A stretch of 64,000 nt of DNA from Oopsacas minuta (Eukaryota > Animalia > Porifera): positions 217,450-281,449 of the forward strand of contig JAKMXF010000313.1 in NCBI GenBank assembly GCA_024704765.1, in the 5' to 3' direction. The translations under genes and the position numbers were made by a program. Positions 37,340-50,271 of this stretch are shown here, in pieces. The notes under the pieces are model-generated. The model saw only the letters and a list, made by a program, of their open reading frames with translations, was not told the DNA's origin and ran no database searches. Position 1 is the stretch's first letter. Each line of letters starts with the position of its first letter.

Positions 37340-38178
37340 TAAAGTTGAAATCAGGTTATTTTGCCCATTTTGATTGTACTGCCAAAACGACAAAATAACC
37401 CGATAGACAAACCCCCATTATACTAAATACTGATAGATGCGATTATTATTGATAGCTAATATAAATCAATTGATAATTAACACTACTGCTGCATGTGTAA
37501 ATCCTTTCCTTGACAATGAGCAGACAGACAACTATTGCAATTAAAAAATATAGATATATACTATAGGACAAATATGTCCAACAGATTTTCAATTGTTCAC
37601 ACCCTCAGATAGCCAAATTAACTCGATAATATATATGATAAAAAAACCGTCAAATGGCAAAAACATCCAATTATTATATATGGGAATTTCTCACAAACTG
37701 ACTTTACGACAACTACCTGATCGGACAAACGCCGTGTCAAAATAACCCAATTTCAACTGAGCTGTATTTGGTATTATTCTAGGAAATTTTGACACAACAA
37801 TTTACTAAAGTTGAATCCACTCATGACGTGTCTCGAAAAATTTTAAATGATTTGAGTGTGCCATAGTATACCGACATTCTCGTGCCATAACTATGATTTA
37901 ATAGTCTCGAATAACCAGTTAGTCCAGTTGTATAGTTTATTTAGCCATAAGGCTGGTGCTGTTAACCGAATTAAGGAAATGATTACACTTGGTTCATTAC
38001 AGCTGTTAACTTTATACAACAATTGATCTATTTTGTACTAAGATATCCATCCGTATAGCGATAAGTACTGTACAATGCTAATATATTATATAAACAATCT
38101 TGGAACGATTATTCCTGAGAATACGAACCAAATGTAAAATTTCATAAATAGCTTATTTATACATTTTTATTTCGATAG

Positions 38179-38436
38179 CTGTTGCTTTATCTCTCCTCTT
38201 CACCTGATGAACGGTCTCTATGTTTGACTGTGCTTGAGATATTCTATCTAATTTTCAGGCAGTCATCTCCAGAAGATCTAGTAAGGAGTTGTCAAAGGAA
38301 AAACAACCAGCAGCTCAAGATGCGTAGCTCAGATTCAGATGCATTGGCTAATCTAGTGGAGAGAGAGATGAGTCAGAAGAAGCAAGCTATTCGTTGTTTA
38401 GGAGCGAGACACTCTAGATTTGGAGGAACTTTCGAG
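38179..38436 (+). CDS. TIMELESS: TIMELESS exon 4, 86 codons
   Basis: GATAG|CTG...GAG|GTTTG; LLLYLSSS...VLEIFYLIFRQ..PEDL...RHSRFGGTF (human RHSRFGGSY). Confidence 0.93.
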
Positions 38437-40159
38437 GTTTGTGTAAAATATTATAGCCTCACTGATTCATGTGATTTGTTCCCAAATCAGTCAACTTTTA
38501 GAAAGCTAACCAAATAACCGATCAATTCAGGGTTGCCGTGGGAATGGGATGGGAATGGGAATTGAAATTCCTTTCCTACGGCAACCCTGCCGATCATACA
38601 TCAGTCAATGCTATAATACTTTGAACAGTGATTTTTTACGCTTAGTTAGAGGGCAAAGGCCTCTAACTTACTTATGGACCTCTATTTTCTAACTTCCTAA
38701 TTTCTCACATCAATACATTTTTGGGTGAGGGCACTCTAATTGTTTGCAGGGCCCCTCTAACAAATCTTACAAAACAACAATGACTTTGACTGATGTAGGA
38801 AATCAATATGACTGGTTATTTAGGTTAATGCATGGCCTTACTAAATATAAGCTCTGATCACTACTTTTGACCAGGGATTAAATGAAGTGGATATGTTTTG
38901 ATTGGAAATTCTATAATCGCCGATAAAAAGAAACTGGTACGTTTTCACCCGAATAAATGTAGGGCTTGTCTAGCCAGTAACCTAGTTTGCTGGCTAGCAT
39001 CTAGTCACCTAAGTTGCTAGGTTAGGAACATATTAATTTAATTATTCCTTTATTTTATTCTCCAATAAACGAAGTTATTGTAATTTTATATTTCAATCAA
39101 CATATGAGTTTTAGGAAATAACATACTCACTATCATTTTATCCCCATAACAGGTCTGAGTTTCGAAGTTTATTTGGTATTATTTCGCTCATATTTTATCC
39201 TAAATATTTATTTTAGAATTTTGTATGATTAGACTGTATGATGTCACAGCCAATTTATTGCGAATATTGAAGTATTTGAGGCTTCATGTTATCAAATGTT
39301 TCTTTGGGACATTCATATCATAATGTTAACATATCGAGCTGTAGTTTGGCCCCACCACTCAAATTTTGCTTCCTAATCCCTTGGTACAGGCAATAATACG
39401 GGGTCCATTTCATGAGGTATGCCTTCTAAATTCCTGTAGAAAATGAAAAAAATTATGGTGGTTATGTCCGTATTTCTTAGAGAGACCATTGCATAGAGCT
39501 ATTAAACATCTCGGAATAGCATACCATAAAGCATATTCTTACCAACGAACAAACTAACAAACACTAAAAGAGATTTAATAATAACGAATAGCTTCGCTTG
39601 CTTCCGATCCGCTGCATGCGAACACTTTGTGTTCGCATGGGACTCGGCACTTCATGCCTCGAAGTTAGCAAAGTATAAAATTGTAAAATTGATTGCTATA
39701 TTATTATTCCAATTATTTGTTTATGTTCGTATATTCATAAATACAACATTAAATTTACATATGATAAACTTGAAAATGTCTAATTCGGATTTCAACATGT
39801 TTGTGCCAAGTAGAATTCTTACTTTCCGCAGAACATATGGCTGTAATTGGTACTACTTGCATGAAGTACCAAAAATATTCGTACATAGTATATTGTAATT
39901 CTGAATTTTGTTACTCAATAGTTAAAGTATTGTGTGTATTCTATTCAAATTAAGAATCCAATTCAATACAATGATTGCTATTACCTATGTCTCCTTACTC
40001 ACAGAAGGTATTACAGAAGTTACATAAATTCATTGCATTATTTGTATGAAGTCATTCTCTATCTCAGCACCATATGCACACTCTCAAGTCTTCATTACCT
40101 TTGTTTCCATCTAATATATTCAATGTATTATTTCTATTGTGGATATTTTCATTACTCAC

Positions 40160-40864
40160 ATGGCATCTGGAATCAAGTACGAGCCCCGGCCTGGAATTAC
40201 TCGAGAAGATGCTAATAATGTTTTAAAGCATCTTGAACTGGAAAAAGTCCGAGATTGGAGCGAAAAAGATGTATCAGATAATTTCCTGATTCCTCTTGGA
40301 TTCAGCTACTGTTCAGAGGTATTTATAGAGAACAGGATAACTGGACCTGTCCTGCTGTCTCTCACAGATAGTCATCTCAAAGAACTTGGAGTTATGTTGC
40401 TAGGAGATAGGATTATGTTCCTGGAATATGCCTTGATATTACAGAAAAAGAAAATTCAACAGGAAAGAGCTGCTACTATCTGGGAGGGCACTACGCCCCA
40501 CATAAGCTGTGCTTATTCCGATAATTGTTGTCAGTGCTTGTTCAGGTATTTCTGTCGCTGCTGTGTTCCTAAAGTACACTGGAGAGTTACTCCACAAGGT
40601 CTGAGATACACTTCCTATCCTGCTCCATTAAAACTACTCGGTAAGATCGAGAGAGACTTTATCGATTTCAGATTCCTGAAGGATTTGGAAGTCCGAACAA
40701 TTCCTGGCTTTCTCTGCTGCTGCAGAGGACATAGTCTGACTATTTATGCAGATGATGCTGATTCTAGCAAGGACGGAGATCCTCTGCACATCCAGCATCC
40801 TGAGGCCCTCCATGTGGAGGAAGCTATTCGTAACGCCTGGGCTGAAGCTAGACTTGTGGACTGA
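40160..40864 (+). CDS. SAM-domain protein with Cys-rich linker and uncharacterised C-terminal domain, 234 aa, single exon; nested in TIMELESS intron 4 on the same strand
   Basis: WSEKDVSDNFL..LGFSYCSEVFIENRITGPVLLSLTDSHLKELGVMLLGDRIMF is a SAM consensus. It is followed by CCQC..CRCC and CCC motifs. AATAAA lies at 41034-41039. Confidence 0.85.
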   Translation: MASGIKYEPRPGITREDANNVLKHLELEKVRDWSEKDVSDNFLIPLGFSYCSEVFIENRITGPVLLSLTDSHLKELGVMLLGDRIMFLEYALILQKKKIQQERAATIWEGTTPHISCAYSDNCCQCLFRYFCRCCVPKVHWRVTPQGLRYTSYPAPLKLLGKIERDFIDFRFLKDLEVRTIPGFLCCCRGHSLTIYADDADSSKDGDPLHIQHPEALHVEEAIRNAWAEARLVD

Positions 40865-41163
40865 GTTATTCTAAGTATATCTAGGATTGTATTATATTTA
40901 TTCACATTATATCCTTCTGTTCTAACCAATATATTCACTTTCTAATTAAATCTCAGTTAAATGTTTTCTATATTTTGAATCTCTTGTTATTTTGTTCTAA
41001 TTATGAATTGTATAAATACATCAAACTTTATATAATAAACGTAGGTTTACACAGCCTACGAGATATGCACGGTTATATTCTTCTAGTAGGATACATGTGT
41101 GTAGTACCAAACAGGGTCTCACATACGAAATATATTATATTATATTTATATATCTGAATATAG

Positions 41164-41565
41164 GTTTTCTCTGACAAGTCTCTGTCCGAGAAGAACCGTA
41201 TTCACCACGCCCCACTTTCCAGCGTCAATTCATTTTCCTACGACACCAACAAGAAGCAGCGAAGAAAAGCGAAGAAATTTCGTCCTATCGAGGACGATCC
41301 AACTCCTCGTGCCTCGATCTCAAGTGTAAGGAAGGCTCTGGGAGAACTGGCATTGGGGATTTTAGAACATTCCTACAATCCTTTCATGAAATCTGTGAGA
41401 GGTCGGCTAATGCACGACACAGACGCAAGCTTTGAATACCATTATGACACTTATTACTTATGGGCTATTCAGTTCTTTATGGAGTTTAATCGCATCTACT
41501 CCTTCAGACTAGACTTTGTGAGAGAAACACTCGATGTATCTATATTTACATATTTAATCAGACAG
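41164..41565 (+). CDS. TIMELESS: TIMELESS exon 5, 134 codons
   Basis: TATAG|GTT...CAG|GTAAT; YNPFMKSVR...DTYYLWAIQFFMEFNR...RETLDVSIF (human DETYYMWALAFFMAFNR...SETLSVRTF). Confidence 0.93.
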
Positions 41566-42758
41566 GTAATTTAAGATAAATTATCGATATTATCTAACTA
41601 GGTTGCCCCTTTGGGTCAGTATTTCAGGAATTAATTCATTTTAGATTTTAGCCCATTAATACAACTAGTTTATATAATGTATATTATCATTTGACAACCA
41701 TAATAAAGTCTACAAAATTCAGATTTACCATACACTTCCCTATACCGTTGAGGGCTATCTCTATGACATAGAGATAGCTCTCAAAGGATATGTATACACA
41801 ATGAAAATCAGCAAAATCTCAAAATTAGCATTGAGTCTATGTAATTTTGAGATTTTGATAATTTACCATTGTGTCTTAGGCATTTCTTAGCACATTTTCA
41901 AACTTTATATTTTACTATTACATACAGAAAATAAATCTTGATAAAATTGTTAGTTCCATGGCCAATAGTTTAAGTTAGGTTTTATTGCAGCTCCTATTGG
42001 AAGATGCCCTAATTTCAAGGATAATATGCGACGTATTTACGTACGTCTGCGCATCCGTGCGAAATCTAGCAGTCTGATTAATGAAATTGATTCCACATTC
42101 ACTGCATTATCCGACACTTTTTGGGAAATGAAATTATTTCGGATTGTGTAGGTGAACTTGTATTATGATAAGCTATTTCACATCAGAAACACTGTCTGAT
42201 TATAGAGGACTTCTGGAGTTACACTTGTCAGATTATGCAGGTTCTACTTTAATTGCAAAACTAAAAGTGAAGAGAGGGTAAAAATATTGCGAAACACTGG
42301 GCTATGTCAGATTTTTCGAGATTACTGTTGTCTTATATAATACGTATTCACAAAAGAGATTCCTTATATATAGCTGAGCTATAGTATAGTACAGTGTTTT
42401 GCAATACAAAAACCCCATACCCTCATTCGAAAAGGTGACTTTCATTAATCCGAAAAAATGACCTCTCCTCGAAGATAGAAAAACTAATACACAAAAACGG
42501 TATTATAGTACAGCTGAGCTATATATAAGGTATTTGTTCACAAAATGTACAGCTAACAATGTGACATTTAATCATATGCCGTTTCTACCATTTAACTAAT
42601 CCGGCATTGACAACTATTGGAAGTAATACTGTGTCCGAAGATGATTAAATTACAACATTGATTTGGTAATGATTCTTGTCTTATCCGCATTATTACATCC
42701 ATATTTAGGCTATATTTCTATTTTATCGACTATAGAATGAATCCGATTTCTTCGACAG

Positions 42759-43169
42759 GTTTACCTCTATCAAGAAATGATCATATTAAATAAGGAAGAT
42801 TCTGAGAAATGGGGGCGGAGGCTACATCGTTGTTTGTCTGCTCTCAAAGAGTTGTTGAGCTATATACAAGCCATGCAGTCCTCTGATCAGAATATATACA
42901 GAGAGAATGCTAAAATTCTACAGTCTAATATCTTCTATATGTCTGAGTTTAGAGAGATGTTCCCTTCTCTGCTTAGAGAGTACAGACCATCAATCCAGAC
43001 TAGATCCTATCTTGCTAGCTTAATGGACAGTCTCCATCTGTTCATTAGATTGCTGGAGAAGTTCACTCATGGAAGTAGCATCGTTGTGCAAAGAAAGAGT
43101 AAAATACAAAAGAGAAAGATTTCGAAGAAAAGAATTGGTGTAGATGAGCCTACTAGAGAACAACTAGAG
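42759..43169 (+). CDS. TIMELESS: TIMELESS exon 6, 137 codons
   Basis: GACAG|GTT...GAG|GTATAT; YQEM...WGRRLH..L.ALKELL...NIFYMSEFRE...HLFIRLLEKF...VVQRK.K (NLS-like). Confidence 0.93.
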
Positions 43170-45867
43170 GTATATGTAGTTATAAAATTAACTAAATAGA
43201 TGGTTACTTTGTTTCGTATTTTCCTTAATTCACAATTCTCTGATGCTTGATAAATCCATCTAGATATCTGGATATCAGTGTTGAATACATTTTGTGTTTG
43301 GTCTCACAAGCGTGCTTCCAATTATTGGTCACGATCTAAGGCACATACTTGCTTGGCACTTTTGCCTCGAAAGGAATCGCGCTATTGATGGACTTTTCTA
43401 GATTTTCAATCGGTCAACTTGAATAAGTTGGCAGTTGATCGACTATTTTAAGGTTTGCCATTCAGGTATTTTCTAGATGATTTGAAGGGGGGCAAAATGC
43501 CCTCCCTGAAAATTTCTCTTAAAACAACCCCTGCCATTGATCAAGTCTAGTTGCGGTGTTATCCATGTATGCCAAATATCAGACTTGGGGTCTTTCAATT
43601 TCTTATATTGTGAATCTTGATTCAAATCTTGAACCTGTCCTAGCAGGCCAAAATATCCCTGTATACCAGCGTTTCCCACAGTGTTTTGGGAAAGCGCTGA
43701 TTTTTGGGATTGAGGGGGGCTCTGTCGCTTATACACGTACTAACCCTATGCACAGAGTCTTCATTTTACCGCAGCTAGATATTCTAAACGCGTTAATTGG
43801 CGCGGTTAACTCGTTTTGGGGGAAACACTGCAGTATGCCCAATATCAGTACTTGGGGTTTCACTTTTCAAATTCAAGATACTCTACTATATGCTATATTT
43901 ACAAATTAGCTTCTCATAAGTTAGTTCCATACTTAATTGCTTGTTAATAGTGAAGGTTAGATCTGGCCTAGAGATTTCTTCAGGACTCTCTGGGCTGTCA
44001 CTGTTTTTGGATACGTATTTTGAGTATCATGGTAGATACTAATTTTAGTATCACGGTCGGTACTTTGTGTCCTTCATGGTTGCAAATCTAGCACTTTCCA
44101 GGTACCTAGATATACCCTTGGTTTTTGGATAAGCCTGGATACTGAAATGCAAATATACTGTTATATTTCTTTGAATAGTACGCGCATATTTATTAATTTC
44201 GCCGCTCTCAATCTCGCTCTCTATTCAAAGACGCGCTGTATTAAAGTGCGCGTTGTATTTCACATCGTTCTATGGATTCTGCGCGGACTATTCAAGGAAA
44301 ATACAGTATTCGTATTTATGTATATACTCAAATAGTGATCAATTGCCTCATATAGTAAGGATGATTGAACACCGAGATTTTCTTGCCTCAAATACAGTAA
44401 GTGTTCCCTAATTGTCAGGCTTGCCGTGGAGATAAAAAATACTATCCATATCCATATCCATATCCAGGCACTGTCTACGTGGTTATCCATGGATATTGAA
44501 GAATTTTCTAATGCTTGAGGCCTGTTGGAGTTGGGTAGACGTAGATGCCCTAAGACTAAGGCCTAGACTCCTTCCTACAGGTTTCATGGCGGACTTCCAC
44601 TCTGCTCGTGCCATTCTTGTTTATCCATTCTCCATAGGTCAAATTGTATCACACAAATGTTTTAGAACTATATCCACTCGAGTGGTATGAAGGGTTTCTT
44701 TTCTTCAATGATGTAGATTGCTTTAGCAACATACTTCACATTCACATGAAGTTTGTTGTGAGAACCCAGTACATAAATGTAGATCACAGGCTTAAGAAAC
44801 TTCCATTTATAACATCGCGACTGATTTAATGGAATTCCGTAGATAAATTTGTGAAGTTGATGGTAATGAGAACTTACGTAGAGGGCAGTGTAGCGGAAAA
44901 TATCTTTAAAGACTAAACGTATTTTGCACTTTACAGAATGGGAATTTTGCATTAGATTTTCTTTGTGAGCTTTGATTTTGATTAATATTTTAGTCACTGA
45001 TCTGATCCTATTTAATGTGTATGTAGCAATCACAAACTTTGATCCAGCCTACTTATCTTCCAACATTTCTCCCATCAATTCCCACTATAATTTTTAGCAT
45101 GTGAATGGCCGAAAACTTTCGCTCGCTTGCTGCGCTCGCTCTTATTCTCAACAGATAATGTATATTATCTGTTTGTTTGTTCGTTGTCAGGGAAAGGATT
45201 TACGGTATGCAATTTTGAAATTGTCGCATAACTATGTATTTATTGTGTTTATCAAGGAAGTAAACAAGCGAAGTGCGCTCGTATATATAAAGATTACAAA
45301 AAATTGCTAAAAAGTTTACATCGATTCCACTGGCCTGGATAAATAAATAATTACTAATATATCATGGCAAGGCCACCTGTTTAAGTTAGTGGGAGTCCTT
45401 CAGGATTATAAACGTGAAATGCCTTAGATATACTAGACTGTCATCCCAGGACGGTTGTTAGATATGAAAATATGATTTAGTATCATTAAAGCCCTGGTTT
45501 CCATTGAACTAAGTCGTATACAACGATACTACCGTTATGATAATGTGATTCTCTACACCATATTGCTTGAAAGTAATTGATTTTACTCAGCTTACAAGGA
45601 AATTTCGCACACAATGAAATGAAACAGGGGTTCCTAGGACTTAGTTCATAGTAACCAGGTACGTCGTACTGTACGTGAAGATACGGTGCGCAGATTTCCG
45701 TACAGTACCGTATAAAAGTACGTGGTACTAAGCCTAAGTTATAACGAGAGTTTACTGTATATTTTTGTTGGTTGGATCTAGGAATTTTGAATTCACATAA
45801 TATATCGGAATTTGAAATGTTACCGAAATCTGTGATTAATTCATGAAATTTGGAAAATTATAGCGGC

Positions 45868-47152
45868 CGGTGTCATATAGTGATCCTCCCCCTCCGTAAA
45901 TTCTCCCCCGGGGAAAGAATATTATGCAGTATTCTTTCCAGGTGGAGATTATCATGTGTAGTAAATTCCCAAAATTCAAAAATTTTGCTTCCAATTAGTT
46001 AATATTTCTTACTATTGTTCTTTTGTGTGTGTTTTTGCTAATTTACTGAAGATAATAGCTTTTGTTTTGTATAAATTATAAATATTTCTATTTGATTGTT
46101 TGTGAATTTGATTATAATTCCTTTGAGGATGGTTTCTCGAATTTTTGTAATTTATTCCTGTCTTGGGATTATTTCGCATTAGATCTGCAGTATGGGTACT
46201 TCCCTTGATCTCCATTCAAATTTGATGCAGATTTAATAGCTACGAGCCTTTGGCTCGTCGCTTCGCAATGAACTCGGTACATTGCGGCCCGAGGTATCCA
46301 TTATTCTCCAAATTGATGGCCCCTTTGAGTATTATAATATAGATATATTTAGAACAATGTAATTCACAAATATACGTATATGGCATATTTATTATTGAAT
46401 TATTTTGTAAGATCAACTCCCTTTTGAAGCGGTGAGAGCAAATATCTACGTAAATTTTGAGATTTAATTAATTTGTTTCCTTTATATTCATACAAACAAC
46501 AATAAATTTACATATGAGAAACTCGAAAATGCGAAATTCGGATTCAGCGTGCTTAGTTACCCCTGGGTAGCCTTTTAGAGTAAGCCTGTACGCAGTGTTT
46601 TTTCTAGGATTGTTTGAAAGGGGGGGGGGGCAAATTGAAAGATTACAAGTATAAGGAAGGCATGCTGATCCGCTTTCAGATGAGGGCAAAACCAGAAGGG
46701 GGCAATTGCCCCCCTAGAAAACCCTGTGTACGTATATTTTGAGATTTGGATAATTTGTTTACTTTATAATCATAAAAACAACAATAAATTTACATATGAT
46801 TAATCCAAAAGTGTGAAAATCGGATTCAGCATGTTCGATATATTTACTCAAGTTTTATTGAATTGTATTTACTTCCTTGATAAACACCATAAATACATAG
46901 TTATGCGACATTTTCAAAATTGCATACCGTAAATACTTTCCTTGACAACGGACAAACAGACAAACAAACAAACAACAATTGTGATTTAATAATAAAGAGT
47001 TAGTACTAAATGTGACTAGAAATAATGCAAATTGGCATACGGAGGAAGAATACTTTCTTGTATTCATCTTCCCAGGGTGGATATTCCTACGTAGTATTTT
47101 GCCCCCCCGAGGAATATACTATAGGGGGAAATTTACTATATATGTCACCGGT
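45868..47152. mobile_element. TIR-bounded non-autonomous element containing Helitron-like repeat copies (46230-46990)
   Basis: Inverted ends CCGGTGTCATATAGT... / ...ACTATATATGTCACCGG. 46231-46470 is nearly duplicated at 53540-53770, and 46745-46985 is an inverted copy of about 10490-10740. Confidence 0.45.
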
Positions 47153-47662
47153 ATAGCTATGGAATACAAAAAGATGTTTGACCGTTTATAATACAAAAGG
47201 AATGGGGCTGTCACACTTCGCATACCACCCCCTCGCTTATAGCGATACGTAACGTTTGAACGGCCCCCTAATGCTTTTCACTATGTAGAATATTTTCAAA
47301 GTACAACATTCAAATAGATATCACAACAGCCATGGATATGGATATTATGTCGATATCCATATCCACTGTAAGCCTGCTAATTTTTCTGACATCTTTAGAT
47401 TACAAATGTTGCATATCCTTATTCGATTGTCACCAACTATATAACACCTAACTATTTTCTGCTCTTCAACGTCCAAATCAAGATTCGAACTAGTGCAGCC
47501 CTCCCTACTACTACAAATCGCTAATATCTATTATTTTAAATCCATAACGGCCATATTCTAACTTGTCATAAATAATTCCTGTAATGTTGTCTATCAACAT
47601 TAATTTTAGGGTTGTTATTGTTTATTTTATAATTTATAAAATGTATTATCAACTCATTCTAG

Positions 47663-49849
47663 ATAGAATGGGACAAAATGCAATACGAGTTGTTACGAAT
47701 CTTAGAAGCAGAATCGAGAGAGAGCGAGCAGTTACAGATAGAGGGTTTGTTTGACGCAACACGTCATGAGCAAGAACACGAACAGAAACAAGATGCACTG
47801 ACCCGGACACAGGCTTGTCTACGCAGAGGAGATATGGAGACAGCTGTTGCTACTCTGAGAGCAGCCAGAGAGATATGGCCAAGGGATGATTTCGGACCTA
47901 GGGACTCTACATGCATTGATGAACTACGTAGTTTGAAAGATATTTATCTTCAACCTCTGGTGCCTAATTCTGAAGATTGCGAATTGTTGCTGGAAGATGA
48001 AGAGTTGCAAGAAGCTGTTGAAATACCTGAAAGGAAAAGAGAAGGAGAGTTTGACCTCTTCACATACTCTCTCAAGTTCTGTAATCAGAAGATTATAAAA
48101 TCATTTTCCTATTTGCTCACTCAATACAGCTTTAATAGTGACTTCACGAACCATGCTCTGGTTAAGATGCTTCACAGAATATGCTATCAATGTAAAAAGT
48201 TCCCTCTCCTCTACCAAATCTCTCTCTTCTCTGTTTTTCAGTCTATTTTAGAAGAATCTAGCTCATCTCGTTACAAAGAATTAAAGTTATTTGTTGTTCA
48301 CGTACTGAACAAGTTTTTTTCCGCAGCTAGAAACAATCCGTGTTTATTCGTTGAGATTCTATTTTGGAAATCTCAAGAAGACTGTGTGGATATTGAGCTG
48401 GGTTACGGAACTGTTGCTACCATGAGAGAGAGTAAGGTTTCTCGGAATGCGTGGTCTGAGGAAGACATCACCCAACTCACTTCTCTCTGGGAACAATATA
48501 ATGGATGTGAAGGAGTGTTGGGTGAGATTGCAGCTGAGATGACTAACAAGGCAGAATTACATATTAAGAAGAAACTAGTAAGTCTAGGTTTGGCTGATAA
48601 GAAGGAGTTTAAGATCAAGAGTCACAAAAAGTTGGATTGGCCTGCAGAGGAGGATGAGAGGCTGCGAGAACTGTACTCTGTGTACGGAGAGCAGGCAGAC
48701 TACTTACAGGTCATTGCTTTACATTTCTCATCCAGGAATGGGAGAGAAGTGAGAGGCAGAATCAAGAAGTTGGGAATTGATGCTAACAAACTAGAGGGAG
48801 GTGGATCTGCTAGTTCAAAGCCTAAACGCGTCAGAAAGAATGAACGTCTGTCCGATATTCCAGCTTCTGATGCTATTCCTAACAAAGAGAAGACTGATCG
48901 ATTATCTATCACTAGAGCTATTTCCTTATACAAGGCGGTTACTAGCATTGATGCATTAATACCAGGTCTGGAGTGGTTGGAGATGGCTCTGAGAAGAGAA
49001 GTTGTCGACAGAGAGCTGGACCCTGAGTGGGAAACTGTCCCTCTCGTCCCAAATAATCTGGCTTTAGGAGAGGCTTTAGAATCAACTTCATTTATCGACT
49101 TGATGCGCGCTCTTTCATTAACCGAACCGGATGCTGGACAAATGTTCTGGAGAATTCCATCTGAAATAACACCAAAGGACCTTAGTACTTGTGCTGACAT
49201 CCTCTCAGGGAAACTAACAGAAATACCAACCACTGATACTGTATCTGTAGAAGATGATAATTATAGTTCAGAAGATTCTCAGCTGTTAGAATCAGAAATT
49301 TCTGAAGGCTCTCCGCTGTCTGATGGAGATCTTCTGAATGAGTTACCCAATCAAACGGTAAATTCCCTCAAACATAAAACATCTGTTCTAAATAAATTGA
49401 GAGATAAGAAGAAATTACAAACCATCAGTCAGTATAAGAGCAAAGAAATTGTGAGTGATTCAGATTTAAGTGATCTTGAGTCAAATTCTCAAGTTCAGTC
49501 ACTTGATGGCGTATTATCTCTTTCTCCTCCTCTATACAAGATGAAGCCTTCTGTCAAGAGGCTGTACAATAGCGACTCAGAATCAGACGGGGTAGGATAT
49601 GATAATAACTCACAGCCTATCCGCTCTAAACTACAGAGACTGTGTGTCGACCTGTCTGAGGACTCTGATATAGAACCCGATCACTTGTCAACAGGAGAGG
49701 AGGGAGGAGTGGTAGGTACTGGAGGGAGGGGTAAGAGAGCTAGACTAGACTCAGAAGAAAGTGATCAAAATGTGTCCTCCCCTAAAGAAGAGAGATCTAA
49801 TCTTAAGAAAGTACGATATATACAGGAGAGTGAAAGTGATAATGATTAG
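47663..49849 (+). CDS. TIMELESS: TIMELESS exon 7 (terminal), 728 codons plus stop; TIMELESS-C region, Myb-like repeats, PARP1-binding-like domain, acidic Ser-rich tail
   Basis: TCTAG|ATA in frame with ORF 47678; LRAAREIWP..DFG, DFTNHALVKMLHRI, LYQISLFSVF, FVEILFWK, WSEED..QL, WPAEEDERL, GLEWLE..L, QMFWRIP. Confidence 0.95.
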   Translation: MEWDKMQYELLRILEAESRESEQLQIEGLFDATRHEQEHEQKQDALTRTQACLRRGDMETAVATLRAAREIWPRDDFGPRDSTCIDELRSLKDIYLQPLVPNSEDCELLLEDEELQEAVEIPERKREGEFDLFTYSLKFCNQKIIKSFSYLLTQYSFNSDFTNHALVKMLHRICYQCKKFPLLYQISLFSVFQSILEESSSSRYKELKLFVVHVLNKFFSAARNNPCLFVEILFWKSQEDCVDIELGYGTVATMRESKVSRNAWSEEDITQLTSLWEQYNGCEGVLGEIAAEMTNKAELHIKKKLVSLGLADKKEFKIKSHKKLDWPAEEDERLRELYSVYGEQADYLQVIALHFSSRNGREVRGRIKKLGIDANKLEGGGSASSKPKRVRKNERLSDIPASDAIPNKEKTDRLSITRAISLYKAVTSIDALIPGLEWLEMALRREVVDRELDPEWETVPLVPNNLALGEALESTSFIDLMRALSLTEPDAGQMFWRIPSEITPKDLSTCADILSGKLTEIPTTDTVSVEDDNYSSEDSQLLESEISEGSPLSDGDLLNELPNQTVNSLKHKTSVLNKLRDKKKLQTISQYKSKEIVSDSDLSDLESNSQVQSLDGVLSLSPPLYKMKPSVKRLYNSDSESDGVGYDNNSQPIRSKLQRLCVDLSEDSDIEPDHLSTGEEGGVVGTGGRGKRARLDSEESDQNVSSPKEERSNLKKVRYIQESESDND

Positions 49850-50144
49850 CCTGTTGTTATGAGTTATTCGATCTCAAATATGTATTTGACAAGTTTCTGA
49901 ATATTAATATGATATATTAAGTTGGATTGTATTATCTTATAAAACAAGAAAGTGATCTGAAATGATAATTGATAGTTTACGTTACACTACTGATGATTCT
50001 AGAGGTTACCAGGCCGTGATTCTAGCATCCTGGGTGCAGCATGCGTAAGTAGCCTCGGATATGTCGGGAATGTCTAAGAAAATATTACATGCAACCTTGA
50101 GTTGAATGCTTACCCCAATATACGTATAATTGACTTTTTATGTA

Positions 50145-50271
50145 CAGTGTAACCTCGATTATCCGAACTCGTTGGGACCGGTCAAAAGCGTCTGGATAAT
50201 CGAGGTCGTTTATACATAGTGGAATAGGAACTGGGACCAGGAGGCCTGTTCGGATAATCGAGGTTGCACTG
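50145..50271. mobile_element. Tc1/pogo-type MITE, 127 bp
   Basis: TA|CAGTGTAACCTCGATTATCCGAAC ... GTTCGGATAATCGAGGTTGCACTG|TA (24-bp TIR, 1 mismatch). Confidence 0.85.
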
